A DNA stretch of 49,254 nt from Clostridia bacterium (GCA_017452165.1 JAFTMY010000037.1:1-49254), one strand, 5' to 3'. Shown: positions 31,453 to 41,633, counted from the first letter of the stretch. Numbers and translations are program-made. Notes: generated from the letters alone by a model not told the origin.

Positions 31453-34400
31453 ATGGGGATTTTAAAGAAATTTTCTTTGCTACTTTGCTGTTTTATGATG
31501 ATGTTTACATTTACAGCATGTGGTGGAGGCGAAAAAAGTTTAATTCTTTCATCAGATAAAGATTTCGCTTATCGTGGTGATGTTGTAACTTTCTCAGTAA
31601 ATTTAAAAGATGAGAAAGATAAAACATACACAGTAGAAGAAGTTGTTTATGAAATTGTATCTGGTGGCGAATATGCAACTATTAGTGGAAATACTTTAAC
31701 AATCAAAGATGATGCATTGCCAGGTGCTGTAGTTGAAGTTATTGCTAAAGCAGAAGAAAAAGTTTCAAATAAAGTTAAAGTTGAAGTTAATGTGCCACTT
31801 ACAGACATTGTTATATCTGCAAATGGTTTAACTAACATTGAAGCAGGCGATTTTGTTCCTTTAACAATGGAACTTAATCCTGAAATTTCAAATGTTTCAA
31901 AAGATGATATTAAATGGGTAATCGTTGAAGGTGCAGATCTTTGCATTATTTCAAATGATATTCTTTTTGTAAACAAAAATGCTTCAACAAATGAAGTTAT
32001 AAAAATTAAAGCTCAATCTAACACCTTATCAAGTAATGTTTTAACATTTACTGTTGGTTATGCTCTTGAAAAGATTGAGTTAGATGTTGTTGGTTCATTA
32101 AGTATTGAACCAGGTAATTCAAGAGCCTTAAAAACAACACTTACACCATCTAATGCTACTGATGTAAACATTGAATGGGTGTTTAGTGAAGGTCAAAATT
32201 ATTGCTCAATTTCTAATAATATCATTACTATTAATGATGATGTTGAAATTGGAACAATTATTAAAGTTAAGGCAAAAAGTGGCTCAGTAGAAAGTGAAGA
32301 AATCACAATTATTGTTGGAACTCCTGTGACTAAGATTATAATTAGTGCTGTTGGAGCAGATAAAGTTATCACAACAAACACAGTTTCATTAAATGCAAGT
32401 GTAGAACCACAAAATGCTTCTACTGTTGGTATTGAATGGAGTGTTACAGAAGGCAAGCAATATGCTCAAGTTGTTAATAATACACTTGTTATTAAGTCAG
32501 AAACTCCATATGGAACAATTATTAAGGTAAAAGCAAAGAGTGGTTTAGTTGTAAGTGAAAATGAACTTTCAGTTCAATATGGTGTTGCTGTAACATCTGT
32601 TACAATTGACACTGTTGGTTCTCTTGAAGTTATTACAAACAATACAATTGGTTTAAATGCAGTTGTAAACCCAGTTGATGCAACAGAAAAGACTATTAAT
32701 TGGAAAGTGACACAAGGTAGTGAGTATGCTGAAATTTCAAATAATGCACTCGTAGTAAAAGCAGGAACACCTTATGGAACAATAATTAAAGTAAAAGCAA
32801 CATGTGATGGCATTGAAAGTAATGAACTTTCAGTTCAATATGGTATTAAATTAAAATCTCTTGAATTAAATGTTTCAGGTTCATCAAATATTGAACCAGG
32901 AAACACAAGAGCACTCTTAACAACTCTCACACCAGAAAATGCAACAAATGTTGTTGTTGAATGGGTAACACTTGAAGGTGAAGGTTTATTCTCAATTTCA
33001 AATAACATCATATCAATTAATAGTGATGCTGAAATTGGTTCAAAAATCAGATTAAAAGCAAAGAGTGGCACAGTAGAAAGTAACGAAATCACAATCATTG
33101 TCGGAACACCTATTACAAAAATTACAATTAGTGCTGTTGGTGTAGATAAAATAATCACAACAAATACAGTATCATTAAATGTAAGTGTAGAACCACAAAA
33201 TGCAAGTGCTATAGGTGTAAACTGGAAAGTAACACAAGGAAGTGAATATGCAGAAGTTGTAAATAACACACTTGTAATAAAAGCAGGAACACCTTATGGA
33301 ACAATTATAAAAGTAAAAGCAGAAAGCGGAACACTTGAAAGTGAAAACGAACTTGAATTCCAATATGGTGTAAAAGTAGCATCTGTAGTAATTAATACTG
33401 CTGGTTCACTTGAGGTTATTCATGTAAATACAGTAGGTCTTAATGCTACTATAAGCCCATCAAATGCAACAGAAAAAACTGTTACTTGGAGTGTTACTGA
33501 AAACAGTGAATATGCAGAAATTTCAAACAATGCACTCGTAGTAAAAGAAGGAACACCTTATGGAACAATAATTAAAATAAAAGCAACAGTTGATGGCGTA
33601 GAAAGTAATGAACTTTCAGTTCAATATGGCGTTGCAGTAACATCTGTTACAATTAGTGCAACAAGTGAAGTAATTGTAAGTGGTAATACAGTAGGTTTAA
33701 ATGCAGTTGTTAATCCTTCAAATGCGACAGAAAAAACTGTTTCTTGGATGGTAATTCAAGGTGCAAATAATGCTGACATTGTAAATAATACACTTGTAGT
33801 AAAAGCAGGAACACCTTATGGAACAATAATTAAAGTAAAAGCAATATGTGATGGCGTAGAAAGTAATGAACTTTCAGTTCAATATGGTATCGCAGTAAGT
33901 TCTGTTGTAATTAGTCCTGCAGGTTCTCTTGAAGTTATAAAAGGTAATTCAGTAGGTTTAAGCGCTGTTATTAATCCATCAGATGCAACAGAAAAAACTG
34001 TTTCTTGGACAATTACAGAAGGAAGTTCTTATGCTGATATTGTATCTAATACTCTTGTTGTAAAAGCAAATGCTGAAACTGGTGCTATAATAGTAGTTAA
34101 AGCAACAGTTGATGGCGTAGAAAGTAATGAACTTGAATTTGTAGTAAAAGCAACTAAAGAAGAAGAAAATGCATCTAAATTTATGATTAATGTTTCTGAA
34201 GAAAATATTAAACTTGATAAAAATGCAAACTTCTCTCCAGTTTTAGAGGTTGAACTTTATGACTATAACTTTGAGCCTGTAACAGATAAAGTTATTACTT
34301 ATAAAATTGTTGAGGGTGAAGAGTTTTTAGCAATTTCTCCTAATGGTTATAACTGTAATTTTGAAATTCTTGGACATGGAAATGCAACATTAGAAGTTGG

Positions 34401-35982
34401 TATTCAAGGTTATAGTGAAAAGACAATAGTAAATGTAAGTGTTGTCTTACCACCAGAAAAGATAAACATTCCTGAAGTATTTACTGAGAGAACAGGTTAT
34501 GTGTATAATTTCTCTAAGTTAAATCCAAGCAACTCAGCAGTTGAAACTCTTCCATTTATTGCAACTGCTACAGGTACAAATGTTTGTCAAGATATAAAAT
34601 ATACATTTATGCATGAAGACGGAACAAGTGGTGATTTAGTTGCTACTTGGAACGATGGAAGAATTACATTTAATAAAACAGGTAAAATAACTGTTATTAT
34701 TTCATCAGATTCTGGTAGTAGAATTGAAACAACAACATCTTATTCATTTAATATTAATGAAGGATTTAATGTTTATACATTTGAAGAACTTCAAGCATTA
34801 GCATTAAGTTCTAAATATAACGGACAACCAATTAACATTGTTGTTTTAGAAAGACCTGATGGTAGTGCAAATAACTATGAATATGGTTTTGATTTAGTTT
34901 CACCTGCAGGTTTAAAGGCTAAATTAGAGCAAACCTTTGATGATGTATTTACAGCGAAAGGTGGATTTGCAAATGGTCAAAGAATTAACTTTGTTTGCAA
35001 GAGTGTTCATATTAATGGTAATAAGCACAAAATTGACCTTTCTCAAGTAAGAAAAATTAAAAAAGAAGAAATTGAACCATTAGTTGCAAATGGAAGACTT
35101 ACTGCTGATTGGAAGAATTTTGATGCTCTTATTTCAATTATTCCTTGGACAAATGATACAAATGTTATTTTAAAAGGTTCTTATGAAGCAAAAATTTATG
35201 ACTTTGAAGTTGTAGGAAATTGCTCAGTAGACCATGGTTCTACAGAAGATGGAGGAGAATTTTCTGGAACAAAGCCATTTGGTGTTGTTTCAACAGGTAT
35301 AACAATTGGCGCTATGGGACATGAAGTTAAATATTATGTTGATATTAATAATCTTACAACATCAGGTTTAAGAACTGGTTTATCTGTTAAAAAGGTTGTT
35401 GGTAATGGTTTAGTTCAAAATATTCATGCATATAACTGCTTTACAAATGGCATTGAAGTTGGTGCATCTATTGTTAGATTAAAGAATTTAAAATTCGGTA
35501 GTTGTGGTGCTGCTTCAATTGAGTTACTTCCAGCGGATTCAAATGCAGCAGGTGAAAATTTTGATCAAAAACAAAATGTTTCATTTGAAGGATATATGGA
35601 TGTTGAGCAAAACTTAAATAATGGTAATACAACATATTTTGCTAATTATCAAGTTTTAGGAACTACAATACCATCAGTAGTTGAGGGATTACTTACTCAA
35701 TATGATGTAACACAAGGTTCTCATATGAGAAATGAAAAGGGTGAATATATATTTGTTTGCTTTAATTTAGCAGATATGACAACATTCTATCCAAATCATT
35801 CAACTTATAATTATCCTGCATTCCAAGAAGGTGGTATTATAAATGCAAGAGATTTACCAAAAGATGGAAACGCAGTGGATACAACTCATCAATATATTGA
35901 ACTTGATGTTGACCTTACATTTATGGGTGGAAGCAATATTGGTAAAGCAATTCTTTACAACCATCATTATCAAGGCAATTAA
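31453..35982 (+). CDS. Large lipoprotein with tandem Big_2-like Ig repeats and C-terminal beta-helix-like domain
   Basis: Lipobox FTA-C23; about 10 units of ~87 aa ending IKVKA...SNEL; C-terminal GFNVYTFEEL...SVHINGNKHKID. Confidence 0.85.
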   Translation: MGILKKFSLLLCCFMMMFTFTACGGGEKSLILSSDKDFAYRGDVVTFSVNLKDEKDKTYTVEEVVYEIVSGGEYATISGNTLTIKDDALPGAVVEVIAKAEEKVSNKVKVEVNVPLTDIVISANGLTNIEAGDFVPLTMELNPEISNVSKDDIKWVIVEGADLCIISNDILFVNKNASTNEVIKIKAQSNTLSSNVLTFTVGYALEKIELDVVGSLSIEPGNSRALKTTLTPSNATDVNIEWVFSEGQNYCSISNNIITINDDVEIGTIIKVKAKSGSVESEEITIIVGTPVTKIIISAVGADKVITTNTVSLNASVEPQNASTVGIEWSVTEGKQYAQVVNNTLVIKSETPYGTIIKVKAKSGLVVSENELSVQYGVAVTSVTIDTVGSLEVITNNTIGLNAVVNPVDATEKTINWKVTQGSEYAEISNNALVVKAGTPYGTIIKVKATCDGIESNELSVQYGIKLKSLELNVSGSSNIEPGNTRALLTTLTPENATNVVVEWVTLEGEGLFSISNNIISINSDAEIGSKIRLKAKSGTVESNEITIIVGTPITKITISAVGVDKIITTNTVSLNVSVEPQNASAIGVNWKVTQGSEYAEVVNNTLVIKAGTPYGTIIKVKAESGTLESENELEFQYGVKVASVVINTAGSLEVIHVNTVGLNATISPSNATEKTVTWSVTENSEYAEISNNALVVKEGTPYGTIIKIKATVDGVESNELSVQYGVAVTSVTISATSEVIVSGNTVGLNAVVNPSNATEKTVSWMVIQGANNADIVNNTLVVKAGTPYGTIIKVKAICDGVESNELSVQYGIAVSSVVISPAGSLEVIKGNSVGLSAVINPSDATEKTVSWTITEGSSYADIVSNTLVVKANAETGAIIVVKATVDGVESNELEFVVKATKEEENASKFMINVSEENIKLDKNANFSPVLEVELYDYNFEPVTDKVITYKIVEGEEFLAISPNGYNCNFEILGHGNATLEVGIQGYSEKTIVNVSVVLPPEKINIPEVFTERTGYVYNFSKLNPSNSAVETLPFIATATGTNVCQDIKYTFMHEDGTSGDLVATWNDGRITFNKTGKITVIISSDSGSRIETTTSYSFNINEGFNVYTFEELQALALSSKYNGQPINIVVLERPDGSANNYEYGFDLVSPAGLKAKLEQTFDDVFTAKGGFANGQRINFVCKSVHINGNKHKIDLSQVRKIKKEEIEPLVANGRLTADWKNFDALISIIPWTNDTNVILKGSYEAKIYDFEVVGNCSVDHGSTEDGGEFSGTKPFGVVSTGITIGAMGHEVKYYVDINNLTTSGLRTGLSVKKVVGNGLVQNIHAYNCFTNGIEVGASIVRLKNLKFGSCGAASIELLPADSNAAGENFDQKQNVSFEGYMDVEQNLNNGNTTYFANYQVLGTTIPSVVEGLLTQYDVTQGSHMRNEKGEYIFVCFNLADMTTFYPNHSTYNYPAFQEGGIINARDLPKDGNAVDTTHQYIELDVDLTFMGGSNIGKAILYNHHYQGN
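32060..34150 (+). repeat. Intragenic ~260-bp Ig-domain repeats with a 786-bp higher-order duplication
   Basis: ATTGAACCAGG at 32104 and 32890; GGAACACCTTATGGAACAAT and GAAAGTAATGAACTT recur. Confidence 0.85.
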
Positions 35983-36014
35983 TAAATTTAAACAATTAAA
36001 TTTGTTTTCCAAAT

Positions 36015-36055
36015 AATAAAAAATAGTTTACTTTTTTAGTAAACTATTTTTTATT
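36015..36055 (+). terminator. Intrinsic terminator
   Basis: AATAAAAAATAGTTTAC...GTAAACTATTTTTTATT. Confidence 0.85.
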
Positions 36056-36138
36056 GCAAACTATATAAAAAATTTAATTTTGGCATAATAAAAATTATAA
36101 TTATGTATTATTTTTATTTTTTAATCAATAATTAATGT

Positions 36139-36861
36139 ATGGCAATAATGGCAATAAGGTCAATAATTATATATTTTTGTGTTATTATCGTGATTAGGCT
36201 TATGGGAAAAAGGCAAATTGGTGAAATGCAACCGTTTGAGTTTGTAATAACTTTGATTATTGCTGACCTTGCGTGTATTCCAATGGCAGAACTTTCAGTT
36301 CCACTTGTTCACGGAATTGTTCCCATAATAACACTTTTAATTTTTCATTTTTTGATATGTGTGATAGCACGAAAATCTTTGTTTGCTAGATATTTAATCT
36401 CTGGTAGACCTGCAATAGTAATTAGTCCAAAGGGCATAAATTATAACGAATTAAAATCACTTAATATGACACTTGATGATTTAATGGAACTTATTCGTGG
36501 TTGTGATGTTTTTAAAATTGAAGAAATTGCTTATGCTATTTTAGAAACAAACGGCAAACTTTGTATCTTAAAAAAGGCAGAAACTGAGCCTGTTACAAGA
36601 GATGATTTAAACATAAATGTAACTGAAAATTCTTTACCTATAAATCTTGTTATGGACGGACAATTAATGGACGATAATATGAAAATTGCTGGTGTAAATA
36701 GAGAATTTATTGACATTTACTTAGAAAAGTCAGAGATAAAAAAGATAAAAGAAGTGCTTTTAATGACTCTTGATAAAAGTGGTCTTGTTTTTATTCAAGG
36801 AAAATTTGGAGACAAATATTATACTTTTCAATCTGATTTTCAAGGTGGTGAAAAGTGGTAA
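36139..36861 (+). CDS. DUF421 (YetF-like) membrane protein
   Basis: RLMGKRQIGEMQPFEFVIT, AILETNGKL, LVMDG. Confidence 0.92.
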   Translation: MAIMAIRSIIIYFCVIIVIRLMGKRQIGEMQPFEFVITLIIADLACIPMAELSVPLVHGIVPIITLLIFHFLICVIARKSLFARYLISGRPAIVISPKGINYNELKSLNMTLDDLMELIRGCDVFKIEEIAYAILETNGKLCILKKAETEPVTRDDLNINVTENSLPINLVMDGQLMDDNMKIAGVNREFIDIYLEKSEIKKIKEVLLMTLDKSGLVFIQGKFGDKYYTFQSDFQGGEKW

Positions 36862-37250
36862 AGAAATGGGTAGTAATGGTTGCTTTGACTATAATTTTAG
36901 TTGTGGGGTGTGTTTATGAATCAAAATATATTCACTCGTCATTTTCAGGTCTTATTAATTCACTTGAAACACTTCAAATCGAAATTACAGAAAATAAAGA
37001 AAAGATTGATACAGAAGAACTTATAACTAAATCTTATAATCTTCATGATAAATGGCATAAAAGTATTAGAGGAATTAAGTGTATGATTTGGCATACTGGA
37101 GTAAAAGATATTGAAGTAGGTTTTGCTAGAATTGCCGCTTATGTTGAAGAAAATGAGTATGCTGACGCTTATGCAGAGATTGCTTCGCTAATTGATTATA
37201 TAGCACATTATTTAGATGATTTTAAAATATCAATAGAAAATGTTTTATAG
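36855..37250 (+). CDS. DUF4363-like protein
   Basis: N-terminal TM, W...HTGVKDIE, C-terminal SIENVL; usual partner of DUF421. Confidence 0.75.
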   Translation: MVKKWVVMVALTIILVVGCVYESKYIHSSFSGLINSLETLQIEITENKEKIDTEELITKSYNLHDKWHKSIRGIKCMIWHTGVKDIEVGFARIAAYVEENEYADAYAEIASLIDYIAHYLDDFKISIENVL

Positions 37251-37280
37251 AATATAAAATTCTAAAATATAATCAGTGAA

Positions 37281-37315
37281 AAAAAAGAACCCTATTATAA
37301 ATAGAGTTCTTTTTT
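37281..37315. terminator. Bidirectional intrinsic terminator
   Basis: AAAAAAGAACCCTATT...AATAGAGTTCTTTTTT. Confidence 0.75.
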
Positions 37316-37322
37316 ATGTTTT

Positions 37323-38405
37323 TTATAATCCAAATTCATTACCACTAAATGATTTGTTTTGTTTTTTATCATTAAAAGATAAAGAGTTAAATACCTCGTT
37401 GAGATGTTGTTTATCCCAACTAATTAAAAAGTTAATAAGTGTATCTTTTGGGCAATTATTTAATTCAGCAAGTTTAAGAAGCATTGATAATTCTTCTTTA
37501 GTTGTTGTTGAATAAGGGGAGTCGATAACTGAAATAAATGTATTAAAAACTTCGCCTTTACTTACAAAATTAGATGAAATAAACTCATAGATTTGATTTT
37601 TTAGATTATCATCACAACCTAAAAGAACTAATGAGCCAATTCTACAATTAAATCTATTTTCATATGCAAATCTTTCATTAGACATTGGACTACAGTTCTT
37701 TGTGTCATTGATAAATTCTTGTTTTATTTTATCAAAAGCATCATAAATAAAATTAGGATTTTGACTTAAAAATGAATTAATTTGTGTAGTTGCACGGACA
37801 TTATCTAAATTTTCTCTATCCCATCTTAGTTGAACTTGGTTAATACATCTATCAATTAATCTCTTAGTGCTGTTTTGAGATGGTTGTGTTTTTGTGATAT
37901 TATTTAAAGAATTAAACAATTCCATTGCACATTCACTACCAACATCTCGTGCTTGCTTTTCTTTTTGTGATGTGTAGTAAAATAAAAAAGGGCTTATTCC
38001 TAAAATTTCTGGTGGCATAAATCTTTCATCACCATAACATCTTTCAAATGGAAACTTTGCAGGTTTTGAAGTTCCAATTCTTTTTTTATCATTAGTTTTA
38101 TCTTGATGAATGTGTGTAAGTTCATGATAAATTGTTGAAACAGTTTTAAATAAGGTATTTTTGTCCATTTTTCTTAGGTTAAGTGTTACAGTGTTGTCCA
38201 TAGAAGAAGCAAAACCTAAGTTATTCTTTTCATCATTAACAAATTTTAGTTTACAATCAGGGCTATTTAATTGTTTTTTTGCTATTTCAAAAAGTTCAAT
38301 AGCAAAATTTTTAAAGGTCTCATTTTCCATATGAGGCTGTGTATTTAAAATATCAAAACATTTTTGATAATCATTTAATGTTGCTTTATTCCAAATTTTT
38401 TCCAT
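37323..38405 (-). CDS. Hypothetical HExxH zinc metallopeptidase-like protein without signal peptide
   Basis: TIYH94ELTH98IHQ, downstream Y....EKQAR, upstream LGFA...TVTLN strands. Confidence 0.7.
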   Translation of the reverse strand: MEKIWNKATLNDYQKCFDILNTQPHMENETFKNFAIELFEIAKKQLNSPDCKLKFVNDEKNNLGFASSMDNTVTLNLRKMDKNTLFKTVSTIYHELTHIHQDKTNDKKRIGTSKPAKFPFERCYGDERFMPPEILGISPFLFYYTSQKEKQARDVGSECAMELFNSLNNITKTQPSQNSTKRLIDRCINQVQLRWDRENLDNVRATTQINSFLSQNPNFIYDAFDKIKQEFINDTKNCSPMSNERFAYENRFNCRIGSLVLLGCDDNLKNQIYEFISSNFVSKGEVFNTFISVIDSPYSTTTKEELSMLLKLAELNNCPKDTLINFLISWDKQHLNEVFNSLSFNDKKQNKSFSGNEFGL

Positions 38406-38426
38406 AATTAATTCTCACTTTACAAT

Positions 38427-38455
38427 ATAATAACACATTGTAGCAGATGTGTCAA
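38427..38455 (-). promoter_or_regulatory. SigA promoter of the HExxH gene
   Basis: TTGACA-17 bp-TATTAT with TGn on minus strand. Confidence 0.65.
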
Positions 38456-38462
38456 TATTGGT

Positions 38463-39968
38463 TTAAGTAGAGGATTTGTTTAAAATTAAAACTTTAAAAT
38501 TAGCGATATTAAAAACATATACAAGGGCGAACATTGAAATCATAATAATAGAACTTGAAACTAATAAAGATAAGATAATATTAGATATAAGATTTTTTAT
38601 TAAGAAACCCAAAATAGCACAGAAAATTGAAACACATAACATAATAAAAATAGTTTTTATAAAGTCATAGTCCACAATTTTTCTTTTTCTAAGCATTATA
38701 ATATTTAAAATTGATGACATAGCAGACATTAAGAAATAGCCGATAGTGATAGAGTATGTTCCAATATATTTTGGTAAAAAAACAACAGATAAAATCAGTA
38801 TTGAAGCAGAAATAAGATAATTTTTAAGAGACTTTAATTCTAAACCGAGAGCGTTTAAAATTGAGGTTGTTATTTGAGAAAGACCTAGTGGTAACATGAT
38901 TAGTGCTGTTGTTGTTAGATAAATACCTGCTTTTTCATTTTTAAAAATGATTTGACAGATTGGTTTTCCAAGCGAAACAAAAACAGGCAACAAGATTGTT
39001 GAAAAAAGTATAGTAATTTTAATAATATAATTAATTTTTGATTTTAGGTTATCAAGATTTTTAAGTTTTCCATTGTCTATATTGTTAGACTGTTCGCTAA
39101 TTGATGGAATAGTTGTAACCGCGAGTGAGCCTATTAGTGTAGAAGGTATCATAATAAGAGGGAATGTCATACCCATAATTATTCCGTATTCAGATAAAGC
39201 CTCTGTTGAAGAATAACCATAGTCCATTAATTTTATTGGAATTATTACAGCAATTATTGATGAAAAAGCAGATGAGATAGTTTTTATTGTTGTAACTAGT
39301 GAACTATCTTTTAAAAGAGACTTAAATTCTAGTTTTGGACTTGAAATATTACCACCACACTTGATATAAATTATAATTACTATAATTGACGAGATAATAC
39401 ATGCTAAACTAAGAGAAAGGGCAGTTTTGTTTGTAAGAGATAGAGAACTAAGGGTTGTTTCAAATAAAATTATTAAAATAATTATTCTTAAAACTTGCTC
39501 AATAAATTCAGTAAAACTTATTGCAAAAAATCGTTTTTGTCCCCATAAAGCGCCTCTTAAAACCTCATAGATTGCACTAAATATTAGCGCAGGTAAAAGA
39601 ATCATAATCATTTCAGATGATTCTTTTGATGTAAAAAGTTTATTAAACAAATTAGGAAAGAGAAGTATTGCAAATGATACAATAAAGCATATAATTCCTG
39701 TTATTATAAGACCTGATGATACGGTTGAACCAATGGCTTTTTTATCTTTTTTGCCATAGTAAAAAGCAATATTTCTTGAAGAAACAACGGGAATACCACT
39801 AGATACAAGAGTCATAAGAACACCAAAAACACTCATCGCAACTTGATAACTTCCGAGAAGTTCAGTTGACATTTTTCTTGATAAATATATCTTTAAGAAA
39901 AAACCAAGTGCTCTTGTTGCTACTGAAAAAAAGGTTACACAAAATAATGCTTTAATTAAATTCTTCAT
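38463..39968 (-). CDS. SpoVB/MurJ-like MOP flippase (polysaccharide biosynthesis protein)
   Basis: TRALGFFLKIYLSR, LGSYQ, SGIP, EQVLRI, YGIIMGM, IPSISE, many TMs; ATG 39968 preferred over track start 40013. Confidence 0.85.
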   Translation of the reverse strand: MKNLIKALFCVTFFSVATRALGFFLKIYLSRKMSTELLGSYQVAMSVFGVLMTLVSSGIPVVSSRNIAFYYGKKDKKAIGSTVSSGLIITGIICFIVSFAILLFPNLFNKLFTSKESSEMIMILLPALIFSAIYEVLRGALWGQKRFFAISFTEFIEQVLRIIILIILFETTLSSLSLTNKTALSLSLACIISSIIVIIIYIKCGGNISSPKLEFKSLLKDSSLVTTIKTISSAFSSIIAVIIPIKLMDYGYSSTEALSEYGIIMGMTFPLIMIPSTLIGSLAVTTIPSISEQSNNIDNGKLKNLDNLKSKINYIIKITILFSTILLPVFVSLGKPICQIIFKNEKAGIYLTTTALIMLPLGLSQITTSILNALGLELKSLKNYLISASILILSVVFLPKYIGTYSITIGYFLMSAMSSILNIIMLRKRKIVDYDFIKTIFIMLCVSIFCAILGFLIKNLISNIILSLLVSSSIIMISMFALVYVFNIANFKVLILNKSST

Positions 39969-40069
39969 AGTAAATATTATTATGTCTTTATAAAAAATAT
40001 TATAAAAAATCAAATTCTTTAAATAAAATTGATTATTTTTATTAAAAATGAATTATTTTGCTATTTAGA

Positions 40070-40098
40070 TTGAAATTTTTTATTAAATGTATTATAAT
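40070..40098 (+). promoter_or_regulatory. SigA promoter
   Basis: TTGAAA-17 bp-TATAAT. Confidence 0.6.
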
Positions 40099-40122
40099 TA
40101 ACAAGATTATCAGGAGTTACTA

Positions 40123-41244
40123 ATGTTAGTTATAAGGCAAATAAATAGTAAAAAGGATTTTAAGAAATTCGTTAAATTTCCTACCGAATTATATAAGGAT
40201 AATCTTAATTATATTCCACCTATGGAAATGGACGAATTTAAAATGACAACTAAAAAAAATGCGCACTATAACGAGTGTGAGCAAGCATATTTTTTAGCAG
40301 AAGAAGATGGAAAGGTTGTTGGTAGAATTGCATGTGTTATTCTTTATCCATTTAATAAGAAAAATAATTCAAAATATGCTAGATTTACTAGATTTGATGT
40401 TATTGAAAATGAAGAAATTGCACATAAAATTTTAAAAACTGCTGAAGATTGGGCTAAAGAAAAAGGAATGGAGTATATTCATGGCCCACTTGGTTATGAT
40501 GACTTAGAGAGAGAAGGACTTATGACCTTTGGATATGAAAATAAAGGTTCTTTTTTATCTAGTTATAATTTCCCTTATTATCAAAATTATATTGAAAATT
40601 ATGGTTATACTCCTGATGCAAAATGGGTTGAGTGGAGATTTAAACTTCCAGTCAAAATGAATGATAGGGTTGCTAGAATTGCAGATGTTGTTGAAAAAAG
40701 ATATGGTTTTCATGAAAAAAAATTCAAAAATATCAATGAAATTATAAAAAAGCATGGTGATGATTTCTTTGATTTGATAGATGAATCGTTTGAAGATCTT
40801 TATGGAACAATCCCTTTTACTCCTGAGTTAAGAAAGCAAGTTATTGATACTTTTAAACTAATCTTAGACCCAAAATATATTTGTTTGGTATTTAACAAAG
40901 ATGAAAAATTAATAGGTTTTGGTCTTTCTTGGCCATCACTTGCTGATGCAATGCAAAAAACAAAAGGCAGAGCGCTTCCGTTTGGCTTTATAAAGTGGCT
41001 TAAAGCAATTAAAAATCCAAATGCTGTAGAACTTGGTATTCAAGCAGTTAAAAAAGAATATAGAAAATATGGTGTTACAGGTTTTATTATCAACAAACTT
41101 TTAAATCGTTTAAATGCTATTCCTAGTTTAACTTATGCTGACACTGGTCTTCAACTTGAAACTAATGAAGGTGCTATAAAATCACTTGAAATGTTTGAAA
41201 GAGAACTTATTCGTAAAAAAACTTGTTACATAAAAAAATTATAA
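40123..41244 (+). CDS. Tandem GNAT-fold acyltransferase (YghO-like)
   Basis: FVKFP..LYK, VVGRIA, RF.RFD, GPLG..D..REG, YN.PYY, AVKKEYRKYGV, LETN. Confidence 0.8.
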   Translation: MLVIRQINSKKDFKKFVKFPTELYKDNLNYIPPMEMDEFKMTTKKNAHYNECEQAYFLAEEDGKVVGRIACVILYPFNKKNNSKYARFTRFDVIENEEIAHKILKTAEDWAKEKGMEYIHGPLGYDDLEREGLMTFGYENKGSFLSSYNFPYYQNYIENYGYTPDAKWVEWRFKLPVKMNDRVARIADVVEKRYGFHEKKFKNINEIIKKHGDDFFDLIDESFEDLYGTIPFTPELRKQVIDTFKLILDPKYICLVFNKDEKLIGFGLSWPSLADAMQKTKGRALPFGFIKWLKAIKNPNAVELGIQAVKKEYRKYGVTGFIINKLLNRLNAIPSLTYADTGLQLETNEGAIKSLEMFERELIRKKTCYIKKL

Positions 41245-41258
41245 ATTAAATTAAAGAT

Positions 41259-41603
41259 TTGATTTATTGGTTTACTGATGAAAAAGAACTTAAAAAACAT
41301 AACAAAATGGTAGCAAAACAGGAAAAGAAAAAGGAAAAAAGACCTATGAATCCAATCTTTATTGGTTTAATTATTTGTGGTGCTGGATTACTACTTGCAA
41401 TTATAAGCGTATTTATTTTTCCATCTTATAGAGTTCCACTTTTAGAATTATTTAAAGAGTATCCACTTTCATCTTGGTCTAATTTATCACACTATTCAAA
41501 ATATACTTCACTTTTAGGATATTCATTAATACCGGGACTAGTTTTTCTTGGATTTAGATTTTTAGGTTGGTTACTTGAAATTATTATTATGAAATGTTTT
41601 TAG
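41259..41603 (+). CDS. Small hypothetical membrane protein (2 TM); start uncertain
   Basis: Basic N-terminus followed by two hydrophobic segments. Confidence 0.6.
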   Translation: MIYWFTDEKELKKHNKMVAKQEKKKEKRPMNPIFIGLIICGAGLLLAIISVFIFPSYRVPLLELFKEYPLSSWSNLSHYSKYTSLLGYSLIPGLVFLGFRFLGWLLEIIIMKCF

Positions 41604-41633
41604 TAATAATATAAAAAAATTTATTCAATAATA

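Noticed and set aside
39970-40005. SigE-like promoter (ATA-N16-CATAATAA) before the SpoVB-like gene, and SigG-like boxes before DUF421
   Set aside because: Imperfect matches in extremely AT-rich DNA; not distinguishable from background by eye.
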